A stretch of 64,000 bases of DNA, taken from positions 1-64,000 of the forward strand of contig JBKBYA010000001.1 of the NCBI GenBank assembly GCA_046313635.1, in the 5' to 3' direction. The notes beneath the pieces are model-generated. The model worked only from the letters and a program-made list of their open reading frames with translations. It was not told the DNA's origin and searched no databases. The position numbers and the translations under genes are program-made. This document shows positions 43,213-52,745 of the stretch, piece by piece. Source of the DNA: Pyrinomonadaceae bacterium (lineage in GTDB: Bacteria; Acidobacteriota; Blastocatellia; Pyrinomonadales; Pyrinomonadaceae). Within the stretch, counting starts at the first letter, position 1. Each line of letters opens with the position of its first letter.

Positions 43213-45162
43213 TCACTCGTCCGAATCGTCGCCGCCCGACGTCGTCGTCGTGAACATACTGTCCTTCCATCGCCGGTGCTCGAATGACCACTTTCTGATC
43301 AACCCTAGAAACGGAACGATGAGCAGCAGCACGAGCGCCGCGACAAAGTTTACGCCGCGATTATAGCCCTGCTCGACCTTGACCGAGACGGGCATCGGCT
43401 GCTGCCAGTTTTGCCACGTGCCCTCGATCGTCAGTGTGTACCTGCCGGCGGGCAGCGACGAGAGCGACGCGTCCTGGCTCGGGCCGCCCTCTGACCACGC
43501 TTCGCCGTCCTCTGTGCCGCTGTAATATTCGATCGGAATGTCGATCGACTCGACCGCCTCACTACGCTCGTTGACGAGGTCGACATCGAGGTCGGCCCAC
43601 GAGTTGCTGACCGGTGCCGAAGCGGTTATGCGAATGTTTCGATTTGCCTTTAGATCAAAAGGCTCGCTGTACGAGATCTGCGCCGCCTGAGCGTTGGGCA
43701 TCGGCTGCAGAACGATCGTTTTGTCGTAGACGACGGCAGTCGCGCCGGTCAGCGGCAGCATAAAGATCGCGACGACAAACAGCGCGGCGAGCGGCAACAG
43801 CGCCCACGTGTACCAGAATTGTCCCGTGAAGGGCTGATTCGGAGCGACGCCCCACGGCCGCGGCAGGCCCGTCACGCCGAACGCTCTTTCTATCTCCTCG
43901 TTCGAAACGTATGTGCCGAGCGACCAGTTGACCTCGCTGCCGGTCGCCTCGCGCGAGAGCATCTGCGGCGGCAAGACAAAGTCGGTCGCCCGCACGGTCT
44001 CGCCCTGCTCGACGCGCCAGTAAAATTCGCCCTTGACGTATTCGACGACGGCGTTGGCGTCTTGAAAGATCTTGAATGAGCGCCCGTCATACTTTGCCAT
44101 GCTGCCCGTAATGAACGCGTCCGGCACCTCGACCTCTGCCGGATTGATCGGCTCAACAAAATTCCAGTGGTTGTCGGAATGCACGAGCCAGCGAAAGCCG
44201 ATCATCGGGTTGTAGAGCAGGTACTCGTGCCAGAAATACTTTTCGCCGTCGATCGTCACGCTGCGCACGACCGCGCCGATGATCTTGTATCTATTGCCGT
44301 CGATCATCGTGCCCTCGGCGCCGATCGGAGCGACAAAGACAGGCTGGCCCGCGGGCGGCGCGAGCGTCTTGAAGAATTTGAGATTTCCCTCGTTGACGTC
44401 GAGCAGCGAGTCGCAGTTTGGGCACGTAACGCGTTCGGTCCTGTCCGGCGCCGTCAGCTCGAGCGGGCCTCCGCAATTAGGGCAGCCCATCGCCGCGGAC
44501 GATACGCTGCGTGCCTCGCGCTTGACCGGCCGTGCGTCGCCGAGCCCGATCTCCTCGAGCGTGACCTGCTTGCCTGAGAAGACCCACGGCGGATCAAAAC
44601 TGTAATCGATCGTCGCAAACGCATTGTCGCGGCCGGCGAGATCGGCGAACTGCACCTGCTCATTCGGGACGAGCTTGTATGGGATCTCGCCGTCAGCTGC
44701 AGCGTACGTCGCCGTGCCTTTCTCCTGCACCATCAGCGGCGACGGCGAAGGGATCTGCGGCAGCGTCGCGCCCGGCTGCAGCGCGTCGAATGTCGGCAGC
44801 ACCGTGCCCTGCGGCAGCGGCTGAAAGAAGGTCAGATAAAACCGGCCCTGCGCCTCGGCGAGCCAGCCGACCCAGCCGTTTGAGAATGTCGCGTACCACT
44901 CGTCCCAAACGCCGCCCATCGAGTGCCGCAGCTGAGCGCGGCCGGTGAGCTCAAAACGGACGTTGTTCCAGACGCCTTTTAACCCGAGCCGCAGCGGCGA
45001 TTCTGAATCGGCGACTTCGGCGACCTTGCCGAGGTCTTCGAGACCGCGGTCGGTGCGTGCAACGGCCGAGCGGCAGTACGGGCAGACAACGACGACGGTC
45101 GATCCGCCCTGAAACTCGATCGGCGCCGCGCACGACGGGCAGTTTGAACGGAGAATGCTCAA
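43213..45162 (-). CDS. DUF4178 domain protein with zinc-ribbon motifs
   Basis: CPSC/CPYC and CPNC/CPNC pairs; two repeats with W.EW/W.EY motifs; C-terminal TM segments. Confidence 0.82.
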   Translation of the reverse strand: MSILRSNCPSCAAPIEFQGGSTVVVVCPYCRSAVARTDRGLEDLGKVAEVADSESPLRLGLKGVWNNVRFELTGRAQLRHSMGGVWDEWYATFSNGWVGWLAEAQGRFYLTFFQPLPQGTVLPTFDALQPGATLPQIPSPSPLMVQEKGTATYAAADGEIPYKLVPNEQVQFADLAGRDNAFATIDYSFDPPWVFSGKQVTLEEIGLGDARPVKREARSVSSAAMGCPNCGGPLELTAPDRTERVTCPNCDSLLDVNEGNLKFFKTLAPPAGQPVFVAPIGAEGTMIDGNRYKIIGAVVRSVTIDGEKYFWHEYLLYNPMIGFRWLVHSDNHWNFVEPINPAEVEVPDAFITGSMAKYDGRSFKIFQDANAVVEYVKGEFYWRVEQGETVRATDFVLPPQMLSREATGSEVNWSLGTYVSNEEIERAFGVTGLPRPWGVAPNQPFTGQFWYTWALLPLAALFVVAIFMLPLTGATAVVYDKTIVLQPMPNAQAAQISYSEPFDLKANRNIRITASAPVSNSWADLDVDLVNERSEAVESIDIPIEYYSGTEDGEAWSEGGPSQDASLSSLPAGRYTLTIEGTWQNWQQPMPVSVKVEQGYNRGVNFVAALVLLLIVPFLGLIRKWSFEHRRWKDSMFTTTTSGGDDSDE

Positions 45163-45554
45163 GCCGCGTCACCTCCGGTTGAGGCGAATTTCGAGTGTCG
45201 AATTTCGAACGTCGACTCGCCGCGTTCGATCTTTGTGACGGCGACCGTCTCGGCTCCGAGCGCGTTTGTCAGCTCGGACCGCCAGTCCCATTCGGGCCGC
45301 GTGCGGCAGCAGTAGAGGTTGAATGTGGCGGTGCGATGTTCTGGATAGGTGTGACAGGCGAGGTGAGATTCGGTGAGAGCGATCAGCCCGGTCACGCCCG
45401 CCTCGCCGGGAAACCTGTGCCATACCTCGCCGACCGAGCGCAGCTCAAGATCGCGCATCACGCGCTCAAAGATCCCGCGCAGCAGATGCTCGTCGCGAAG
45501 CGCTTCCGGGTCGCAGCCCGAAGCCTCGATCAACCATTCCGTCCCGACGATCAT
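45159..45554 (-). CDS. speD: S-adenosylmethionine decarboxylase proenzyme
   Basis: GVTG...LTESHLACHTYPE self-cleavage motif, YCC. Confidence 0.88.
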   Translation of the reverse strand: MIVGTEWLIEASGCDPEALRDEHLLRGIFERVMRDLELRSVGEVWHRFPGEAGVTGLIALTESHLACHTYPEHRTATFNLYCCRTRPEWDWRSELTNALGAETVAVTKIERGESTFEIRHSKFASTGGDAA

Positions 45555-45651
45555 CGACTCTCTGCTAGGAACAAAAAATGCCGGCCTTGCCGGGAAAACC
45601 TATGAACCCGAATTTTGCGGCGATACAATGAAAACTGGTGACTCGCGAAGT

Positions 45652-46587
45652 ATGTCGTACAGCAATATATCCAAGTTTGCCGCTTTTGTCATCGCGTTCG
45701 CGGCCGTCGCGTCGGGCTGCACGTCAAAGGCGCGCGGCTCGCATCCCGCCGTCGAGAATGCCGTCTATGCGGAGCCGCGTGTCGTCGGCCGCATCGCGAA
45801 TCCCGACATCATCGAGGCGAGCGGACTTGCGGCTTCAAAGTGTCAGCCGGGCGTCTTCTGGACGCACAACGACTCGGGCGACGGGCCGTACATTTACGCT
45901 CTCAACGAGCGCGGTGACAATCTCGGCACGTGGCGCGTGAGCGGCGCCAGGAATATCGACTGGGAGGACATCGCGACCTTCAAGGACGCCGCCGGCAAAT
46001 GCTACGTCTACACAGGCGACATCGGCGACAACAAATTGCAGCGCGAGACGCATACGATCTACCGCGTGCCCGAGCCCGCGGTGACGGCGGCCTCGGCCGG
46101 AACTACTGGCACGACCGCCGCACAGACGGAGCCCGCCGAAGCGCTCGAGTACACGTATCCCGACGGCGGTCAAAACGCCGAGACCATGCTCGTGCATCCG
46201 GTCACCGGCGATATTTATGTCCTTTCAAAAAGCCGCGACAAGCCGTCGGGCGTTTATAGGCTGCCGGCAGGCTTTGGCGGCAGCGGCGTGCGAGCGGCGA
46301 AGGTCGCCGAGCTGAAGGTGCCGGCGATCCCATTCGGCCTGCTTACGGGCGGCGACGTTGCGCCGGACGGGCGTTCGGTTGTCGTCTGCGACTACGCCGG
46401 TGGGTACGAGCTGCGGCTGCCGGAGGGCGACAAGATATTTGACGATATCTGGTCGCAGAAGCCCGTCGAGATCGACCTCGGCAAGCGCGACACGGGCGAG
46501 GCCGTCGCCTATTCGGCGGACGGCACGTCCATTTTGGCCACGACCGAGAATCAAAAGGCGCCGATCATAAAGCTGCAGCGAAAGTAG
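45652..46587 (+). CDS. Putative lipoprotein, beta-propeller-like
   Basis: VASGC lipobox; EASGL, HNDSG, DWEDIA, GDIGDN, NAE motifs. Confidence 0.7.
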   Translation: MSYSNISKFAAFVIAFAAVASGCTSKARGSHPAVENAVYAEPRVVGRIANPDIIEASGLAASKCQPGVFWTHNDSGDGPYIYALNERGDNLGTWRVSGARNIDWEDIATFKDAAGKCYVYTGDIGDNKLQRETHTIYRVPEPAVTAASAGTTGTTAAQTEPAEALEYTYPDGGQNAETMLVHPVTGDIYVLSKSRDKPSGVYRLPAGFGGSGVRAAKVAELKVPAIPFGLLTGGDVAPDGRSVVVCDYAGGYELRLPEGDKIFDDIWSQKPVEIDLGKRDTGEAVAYSADGTSILATTENQKAPIIKLQRK

Positions 46588-46611
46588 ATCCGACTGCCCG
46601 ATCTGCCCAAA

Positions 46612-46642
46612 AACAAAAAGCCCGGCGATAAGTGGCCGGGCT
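46612..46642 (-). terminator. Intrinsic terminator for GWxTD gene
   Basis: agcccggc/gccgggct stem with A-run on + strand. Confidence 0.65.
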
Positions 46643-46683
46643 AAACGTTTACATTTGCTCTCTCGGCGAGTGAGCGATCTGTA

Positions 46684-48312
46684 TCACTGCACTATCGAGA
46701 ATTTGTCCTTGTTCTCGATCACCTGGCCCGAGACCAGATCTCTTGTCACGATCTTGATCTCGTAGTCGCCGAGCGGCATCTGCTCGGTCGGCAGCAGTCG
46801 CGCAAGGACAAGCCGCTGGCCCGAATCGGACAGGCCGCTCCAGTCCTCTTTTTGTTTGAGCACTTCTTTGCCGCCCTTCAGCAGGATGTACTCGACGTCG
46901 ACGGCCGGCCGCAGCGTCGTCTGGTCGATGCCGGCATTGTAAACCTGCAGATAGACGCCGACCTCCTGACCTTTTTTGTAGACGCCGGTAAGATTCGGGA
47001 TGACCTTGGTGTTGCCGATGACGAACATCTGTCCGATGTCGCGCTCGTTGGTCGCGCGCAGCTTCGACGTCAGGATCATCGACGATGTCGACAGCTTCTT
47101 GTCGTCATAACGCGGGACGGTGAAGCCTAGATTGCGGATGCCGCGGTTGCCGGTCTCGACGTCGCGGACCACGACGTCCACCTTGTATGTCCCAGGCGTC
47201 AGCGCGATCGCCTTTTGATAGACAGATTTTTTATCCCGCAGCGAGGCCAGCTCTTCGGCGGTCGCGGTTGCGGTCACCGCATCTTCAAAGATCCCGGAAC
47301 GCTTGCCCGAGACGGCGGTGATCCGGCCAAAGACGTTCAGCGTAGCGGCCTGCAGACCGCCTGAGTCCTTGAACCGCAGCTCCTTGTTATCGGTCTGCAC
47401 CGTGAACGTCGCGATCACGCGATCGTCCGACTGGCGAAAGAAGTCGACCCGGACGTCAAAGTCGAGCGGATTGTTGTCGACGACCGGCGAGTCTGTCAGC
47501 GACGCCTGCAGGTCGCTGAACTTGACCTGCGGCGGACGGCTGAGCTCGGACTGGATGCGCAGACGCTCGAACGGCATATCCTGCGCCCGCATATAGTTTT
47601 GCGGGACGCGGCCCGCGACGCGGTCGGATTGATCGCCGATCCCGAGCTGCTCGGCGAGGGTCGGCCCGGCTCCGGGCACCATTCGCAGAGCGTCCTTTTC
47701 ATATGGATTGCGGGCCATGCGATATTCGCCGGTTCCCGACGGGTCGACAAACTCGATCTCGATGCCGTCGCCGACCCCGTCGAGGTGACGGTAGAACCAG
47801 ATCTCGAACGGATAGGTCGTCGTCTGGCCGCCGCCCTCATAAGACGGCCGGTCATACGATCCGCCGGTGGGATGCGACTCGATCGAGTCGGGCTTGCCCC
47901 AAGCTATGTAAACGCGGCCGCGATCGGTCTTCCATCCCGGGATGCCTGAGGTGAAACGCTCGTTGGCATACGCGATCCGCTCGTAATACTCCTCGCGGTA
48001 CTCGTTCTCTTCGGTATCCGGATTAGGGTCGCGGCGCCGCCAAAAGCTCTCGATGAAATTCTCCCGCTCCTCATCCGTTTGGAGAGACATAAATGCCTTT
48101 CTCTCTTCTTTGGTGATGATGTACGGAACGTCGTTGTTGATCCACTTTTTGTAGACCTCTTTGAGCTCGGGCTTGACGTTGCGGGGCTTGTCGCTGATGT
48201 CCTGCGACGGCGGAGGCGTCTTTTCGGCCTTTTGACCAAAAAGCGTTACCGAACATACTCCCGCGAGCAGGACCAACAATGCGGCGTTGCGAATATTCTT
48301 GACCGTTGACAT
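46684..48312 (-). CDS. GWxTD domain-containing secreted protein
   Basis: FWRRRDPNP, YANERF, GWKTDRGRVYIAWGKPD; signal peptide; ATG 48312. Confidence 0.9.
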   Translation of the reverse strand: MSTVKNIRNAALLVLLAGVCSVTLFGQKAEKTPPPSQDISDKPRNVKPELKEVYKKWINNDVPYIITKEERKAFMSLQTDEERENFIESFWRRRDPNPDTEENEYREEYYERIAYANERFTSGIPGWKTDRGRVYIAWGKPDSIESHPTGGSYDRPSYEGGGQTTTYPFEIWFYRHLDGVGDGIEIEFVDPSGTGEYRMARNPYEKDALRMVPGAGPTLAEQLGIGDQSDRVAGRVPQNYMRAQDMPFERLRIQSELSRPPQVKFSDLQASLTDSPVVDNNPLDFDVRVDFFRQSDDRVIATFTVQTDNKELRFKDSGGLQAATLNVFGRITAVSGKRSGIFEDAVTATATAEELASLRDKKSVYQKAIALTPGTYKVDVVVRDVETGNRGIRNLGFTVPRYDDKKLSTSSMILTSKLRATNERDIGQMFVIGNTKVIPNLTGVYKKGQEVGVYLQVYNAGIDQTTLRPAVDVEYILLKGGKEVLKQKEDWSGLSDSGQRLVLARLLPTEQMPLGDYEIKIVTRDLVSGQVIENKDKFSIVQ

Positions 48313-48422
48313 ACGGAAAAACTCCTCTAAATCACAGACAGCATGGGAGGCTGGATGCGAATTCCAGATTTTAAGGCGCTGACGAGTAAACCTCAACCGT
48401 TCAAGATGCCTTTTCGCAAGGC

Positions 48423-49496
48423 TTAGGTTGCACTTTTAGCGGCCTCCTCGTCGGTCTGGCGGCGGCGTCCGAAGAACCACGCGATAAAGATCGACACGAC
48501 GTACAATCCCATCATCGGAGTTGCAAAGAGCATCATGTTTGGGATATCGCCCGTCGGCGAGACGACCGCGGCGACGATCAGGATCACGACGAGCGCGACC
48601 TTCCAGCTGCGGACCAGGAGTCCCGCGCTGACGAGCCCGATCCTCGCGAGCACGTACGTGATCGCCGGCATCTGAAAGATCACCCCCATCGCCAGCATGA
48701 TCAGCGTGATGAAATCAAAATAATCGGTGGCCCGCAGCAGCAGCTTAAAATCCGACCCGAGGCCGAGCAAATACCGCGCCGCGGGCGGAAACAAAATGTA
48801 GTACGCAAAGGCGGCTCCGCCGACGAACGAGATCGACGACAGCAAAATGAACGGCGTCACGTACGCCCGCTCGTGCCTGTAAAGCGCCGGCGAGATAAAT
48901 CCCCAAACCTGCAGCAGCAAGAAAGGCACCGACAGCGCGATCGCCGCATAAAGCGAGACGGTTGCGTAGAGGGTGAACGACTCAGGCACCGTCGTTATGA
49001 TCAACTGCTCCGACGCGGAATCGGCATTCCCCGGCAAGGCAGTGAAGTCGACCGGCAGTCTAACGCCGGCCGGGATCACCGCCGTCGTAGTAAAGATCGA
49101 CTCCAGAGTAAAAAGTCCGAGTGCTCCTTTTTGGTCGACGGCGACCGTCGCCAGTACCGATGTGCCCGGCGCGACCACCGCCGATCCGAGCGTTGTCGCA
49201 CGGTCAAATACGTAGCGCCCCTGATCGCCGGGCTTAAGACTCTCGAGCGGAATGATCTTTTCGTCACCGGTCAGTCCACTGATCGGCACCTCGCGGCGCT
49301 CGGCTTGGGTCAGCGCCTCGCGGATCGGGATCGAGAGAAAATCGTAGATCCGGTCGGACACGAACCAGCATGCCGCGAACGCGAGAATGACGAAGATCAC
49401 AGAGTTCACGAGCCGCCGTCGCAGCTCATCGAGGTGCTCGAGAAAGGACATCTGGGCGCCGGGCTCGTCCGGGCTGTTTCCCTTGATTCTCTTCAT
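48423..49496 (-). CDS. tatC: Twin-arginine translocase subunit TatC (enlarged first periplasmic loop)
   Basis: MSFLEHLDELRRRL, QVWGFISPALYRHE, FQMP, SPTGD. Confidence 0.93.
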   Translation of the reverse strand: MKRIKGNSPDEPGAQMSFLEHLDELRRRLVNSVIFVILAFAACWFVSDRIYDFLSIPIREALTQAERREVPISGLTGDEKIIPLESLKPGDQGRYVFDRATTLGSAVVAPGTSVLATVAVDQKGALGLFTLESIFTTTAVIPAGVRLPVDFTALPGNADSASEQLIITTVPESFTLYATVSLYAAIALSVPFLLLQVWGFISPALYRHERAYVTPFILLSSISFVGGAAFAYYILFPPAARYLLGLGSDFKLLLRATDYFDFITLIMLAMGVIFQMPAITYVLARIGLVSAGLLVRSWKVALVVILIVAAVVSPTGDIPNMMLFATPMMGLYVVSIFIAWFFGRRRQTDEEAAKSAT

Positions 49497-49511
49497 TCGT
49501 CAGCAGCGACG

Positions 49512-49940
49512 CTAGAGCCAGTTTCGCTTGTCGGCCGGGTCGACGGCCGGCGACTCTTCAGCAGATGTATGCGCCGAGGTCGAATCGGCATTCTTTAAAT
49601 TCGCGATCGATCCCGGATCGACGGGCGAGACCCGCGGAGGTTCTGGTACGGCGGCGGGAACTCCGGTGTCGGCGGCGGCCGATCTCGAGATCGACCTCTC
49701 GCCCCACTCATTCGGAACGGGAGCATCGAGATCGCGGAGAGCTTTGGTTTCGGCCTCAAAGTCCACCTCTCGTTCCCAGGTCTGCTTGAATTCCGTCGTC
49801 GCCGAACGAAGTTCGGCCATCATCTTGCCCATCTTTCGCGCCATCTCGGGCAGCCGCCGCGGGCCTAGGAAGATAAGCGCCACGATCCCGATGAGTATGA
49901 GCTCGGACGTGCCGATCGATTCGAAGATGAACAGGAACAT
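49512..49940 (-). CDS. tatB: Twin-arginine translocase subunit TatB
   Basis: IGTSELILIGIVALIFLGPRRLPE. Confidence 0.85.
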   Translation of the reverse strand: MFLFIFESIGTSELILIGIVALIFLGPRRLPEMARKMGKMMAELRSATTEFKQTWEREVDFEAETKALRDLDAPVPNEWGERSISRSAAADTGVPAAVPEPPRVSPVDPGSIANLKNADSTSAHTSAEESPAVDPADKRNWL

Positions 49941-49973
49941 TTTGGACTACCTCGCCTCGCCCGCCGCCCGTCG

Positions 49974-50999
49974 TCAGGCGACTTCGATCAAAATGCCTTC
50001 ATCGCCCGCCCTCGGCCGGGAGACACGGCCGATCCGAAACGCGCCGGGAACCGACGCGACGAATTCCTCCGTTCTTTCACTCGGCAGACTTATCAGCAGG
50101 CCGCCCGCCGTCTGCGGGTCAAAAAGCGCGCTCTGCATTTCGGGCATGACCCGCTCGGCGATCCGTACGGTATCGCCGACATAGATCCGATTGTTGCGGT
50201 CGCCCCGCGTCAGCATTCCCTGCCGGATCAGATCGAGCGTGTCCGGCAGCAGCGGCACCGACGCTGAATCGATCAGCAGCTCGACGCCGCTCGCCTTCGC
50301 CATTTCATAGGCGTGCCCGAGCAGCCCGAATCCGGTAATGTCCGTACAGGCGTTCGCCCCCAGCCGCGTCATAGTCTCGGCCGCCCGGGCCGACGATGCG
50401 GTCATCGCCGCGATTGCGGCCGTGACGGCTCGCTCGCTTGCGGCGCCGCGCTTTACGGCGGTGTTTATCGCTCCCGTGCCGATCGGCTTGGTCAGGATGA
50501 GATCGTCGCCGGGACGCGCTCCTGCATTTGTCACGACCGCGTTCGGATCGATCACTCCGGTCACCGCGTAGCCGAACTTCATCTCCTGGTCGTCGACCGA
50601 GTGCCCGCCGATGACGACGACATTCTCGGCGTTCATCGCGCGTTGGCCGCCCTCGAGGATCTTTCCGAGGATCTCGAAGTCGCCTTTTTGCGGATAGCAG
50701 ACGATCGATAGTGCGGAGATAGGCTTGCCACCCATGGCGTAAACGTCGTTGAGCGAGTTGACCGCCGCGACCTGGCCGTAAACGTACGGGTCGTCGGCGA
50801 CCGGTGTAAAAAAGTCGACCGTCTGCACCAGTGCCAGATCGTCCGACAGGCGCAGGACGCCCGCGTCGTCAGCCGTCTCAAAACCGACGATCACGTTCTC
50901 GCTGCTCTGCTTTGGAAGCCGGCCCAAAACTTGGGCCAAGTCGCCCGGGGCGAGTTTGGCCACTCAACCCGCACAGGAGACCATTTCGGTCAGACGCAT
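49974..50999 (-). CDS. selD: Selenide, water dikinase, selenocysteine-containing (UGA at codon 12)
   Basis: ATG 50999 gives MRLTEMVSCAG-UGA-VAKLAPG in frame with the track ORF; DDAGV, QTVDFFTP, NDVYAMGG, DITGFGLLGH, DPQTAGGLL. Confidence 0.92.
50934..50961 (-). promoter_or_regulatory. Candidate bacterial SECIS hairpin
   Basis: GGCCAA-AC-UCGCC-CCG-GGCGA-C-UUGGCC begins 2 nt after the UGA. Confidence 0.6.
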
Positions 51000-51001
51000 T
51001 C

Positions 51002-51880
51002 TTACTGATCGACCTCCTCTTTAGACGTTAATTTCTCGAAGATCCTGTTAAGGTCTTCCGGCCCGTAATACTCGATCTCGATCCGGCCGGGTCGGCGCCC
51101 GGCCTTTGGGATGATCTTTACGTTGGTTCCGAGGGTCCGCTTCAATCTCGTCTCGGCAGCCGCGACGTTCGGGTCTCGGCTTACGGTAACCTGTTTCTCT
51201 GCAGTATTTGCAGCCGCCGACCTCTTTGCGGCGCGTTCGGTCTCGCGAACGGACCAGCGATGTTTGACGGCCTCGCGGGCGATCTCGAGCTGACGCTCAG
51301 GTCGTTCGACCATCAGTATCGCTCGGCCGTGGCCGGCTGAGAGCTGCCCCTCCTCGATAAGCCCTTGGACATCAGCCGGGAGCTTCAACAGACGGATCGT
51401 GGTCGCCACCAGCGACCGTTCGCGGCCCACCCGCTCGGCGACCTGCTCTTGCGTAAGTCCAATGGTATCAATAAGTTTGCGGTAGGCAAGCGCTTCTTCG
51501 ATCGGGTTCAGCTCCTGCCTCTGGATGTTCTCGATAAGCGCGAGCTCAAGCAGGCGTTCGTCGGGAACCTCCTTGACAACGACCGGTACCTTTCGCAGGC
51601 CGGCCCGCTGAGAGGCCCGCCAACGCCTTTCGCCGGCGACGATCTCGTATCGGCTGCCTTTTGGCCGCACGACTATCGGCTGCACGATCCCGTTCTTTTC
51701 GATCGACCTGGCGAGGCCGTCGAGAGCTTCGTCCTCGAATCTGGTTCGCGGCTGCTCCGGGTTCGGATCGATGAGGTCGATATCTATCTCGAGCTGGCGT
51801 GCTCCGTCGCGTGTCGTGGGGGCCGTCGCCGTTTCTCCTAAAAGCGCGCCCAAGCCGCGGCCAAGTGATTGTCTAGCCAT
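51002..51880 (-). CDS. parB: Chromosome partitioning protein ParB
   Basis: LGRGLGALL, PNPEQPR, AGERRWRA, ENIQRQELNPIEEA, HTH. Confidence 0.96.
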   Translation of the reverse strand: MARQSLGRGLGALLGETATAPTTRDGARQLEIDIDLIDPNPEQPRTRFEDEALDGLARSIEKNGIVQPIVVRPKGSRYEIVAGERRWRASQRAGLRKVPVVVKEVPDERLLELALIENIQRQELNPIEEALAYRKLIDTIGLTQEQVAERVGRERSLVATTIRLLKLPADVQGLIEEGQLSAGHGRAILMVERPERQLEIAREAVKHRWSVRETERAAKRSAAANTAEKQVTVSRDPNVAAAETRLKRTLGTNVKIIPKAGRRPGRIEIEYYGPEDLNRIFEKLTSKEEVDQ

Positions 51881-52634
51881 GATTTGAGATCTCCTTTGCA
51901 AGCTGCATATAACTGTCGGCCCCGCGCGACCGCGGATCGTAGAGGATGATCGGCTTGCCGAAGCTGGGAGCCTCGGCCAATCTGACGTTCCTGGGAATGA
52001 CCGTGTTCAATACTTGTGCCCCGTAAAATTCTTTCAGATCTTTAGCCACGGCGTTCGAGAGATTGGTCCGCTCGTCAAACATCGTGAGAAGCAACCCTTC
52101 GATCTGCAGGCCGGGATTAAGTTCGACCTTGATCCTTTCCAAAGTGTCGAACAACTCGGCCACGCCCTCGAGGGCGTAATACTCGCACTGTATCGGCACC
52201 AAAAGCGAGTCGGCCGCGACCAAGCCGTTGACGGTCAGGAGACCCAGGCTGGGCGGGCAATCGATGATGATGTAATGGAAATAATCGCGTATCGAATGTA
52301 GCACCTTTTTGAGGGCGGTGGTGCGGTCCTCCCGCTCGACCAACTCGATCTCCGCCCCGGCGAGATCTTTTGTCGCCGGGATCAGCCATAACGAAGCGAC
52401 GTCGGTCGATCGGACGAGATCTTTTACCGGTTCGTCCAGCACAAGTGCGTCGTAGAGCGATCTGCTGGTGGTCGAGCGGGGCACGCCGACTCCCGAGGTG
52501 GCATTTGCTTGAGGGTCTGCGTCGACAAGCAGGACCTTTCTGTCCGCCGATGCCAGGCTCGCAGCGAGGTTTACGGCCGTAGTGGTCTTTCCTACGCCGC
52601 CTTTTTGATTGGCGACGGCGATTATCTTACCCAT
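51873..52634 (-). CDS. parA: Chromosome partitioning ATPase ParA/Soj
   Basis: NQKGGVGKTTT, DADPQAN, DCPPSLG, QCEYYALEG, LAEAPSFG. Confidence 0.96.
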   Translation of the reverse strand: MGKIIAVANQKGGVGKTTTAVNLAASLASADRKVLLVDADPQANATSGVGVPRSTTSRSLYDALVLDEPVKDLVRSTDVASLWLIPATKDLAGAEIELVEREDRTTALKKVLHSIRDYFHYIIIDCPPSLGLLTVNGLVAADSLLVPIQCEYYALEGVAELFDTLERIKVELNPGLQIEGLLLTMFDERTNLSNAVAKDLKEFYGAQVLNTVIPRNVRLAEAPSFGKPIILYDPRSRGADSYMQLAKEISNHG

Positions 52635-52694
52635 TTTTACCTAGAGAATTGAGTGATCCTAAAGACAGGATACGCCCCGGCGATCAAATTAGAA

Positions 52695-52740
52695 AGTGGA
52701 ACGTTCCACACTTGAAAAAATACTGTGGTACGTTCCACAG
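52695..52740. promoter_or_regulatory. Two palindromes resembling parS with swapped half-sites
   Basis: aGTGGAACGTTCCACa (52695-52710) and ctGTGGTACGTTCCACag (52723-52740), just upstream of parA. Confidence 0.55.
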
Positions 52741-52745
52741 GCTGA

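Noticed and set aside
49974..50999. selD as a pseudogene with a premature stop
   Set aside because: UGA falls at the catalytic Cys/Sec position with a downstream hairpin; the rest of the gene is intact
52640..52745. oriC / DnaA-box cluster
   Set aside because: Motifs are palindromic and match TTATCCACA poorly; the region is short and no dnaA is adjacent
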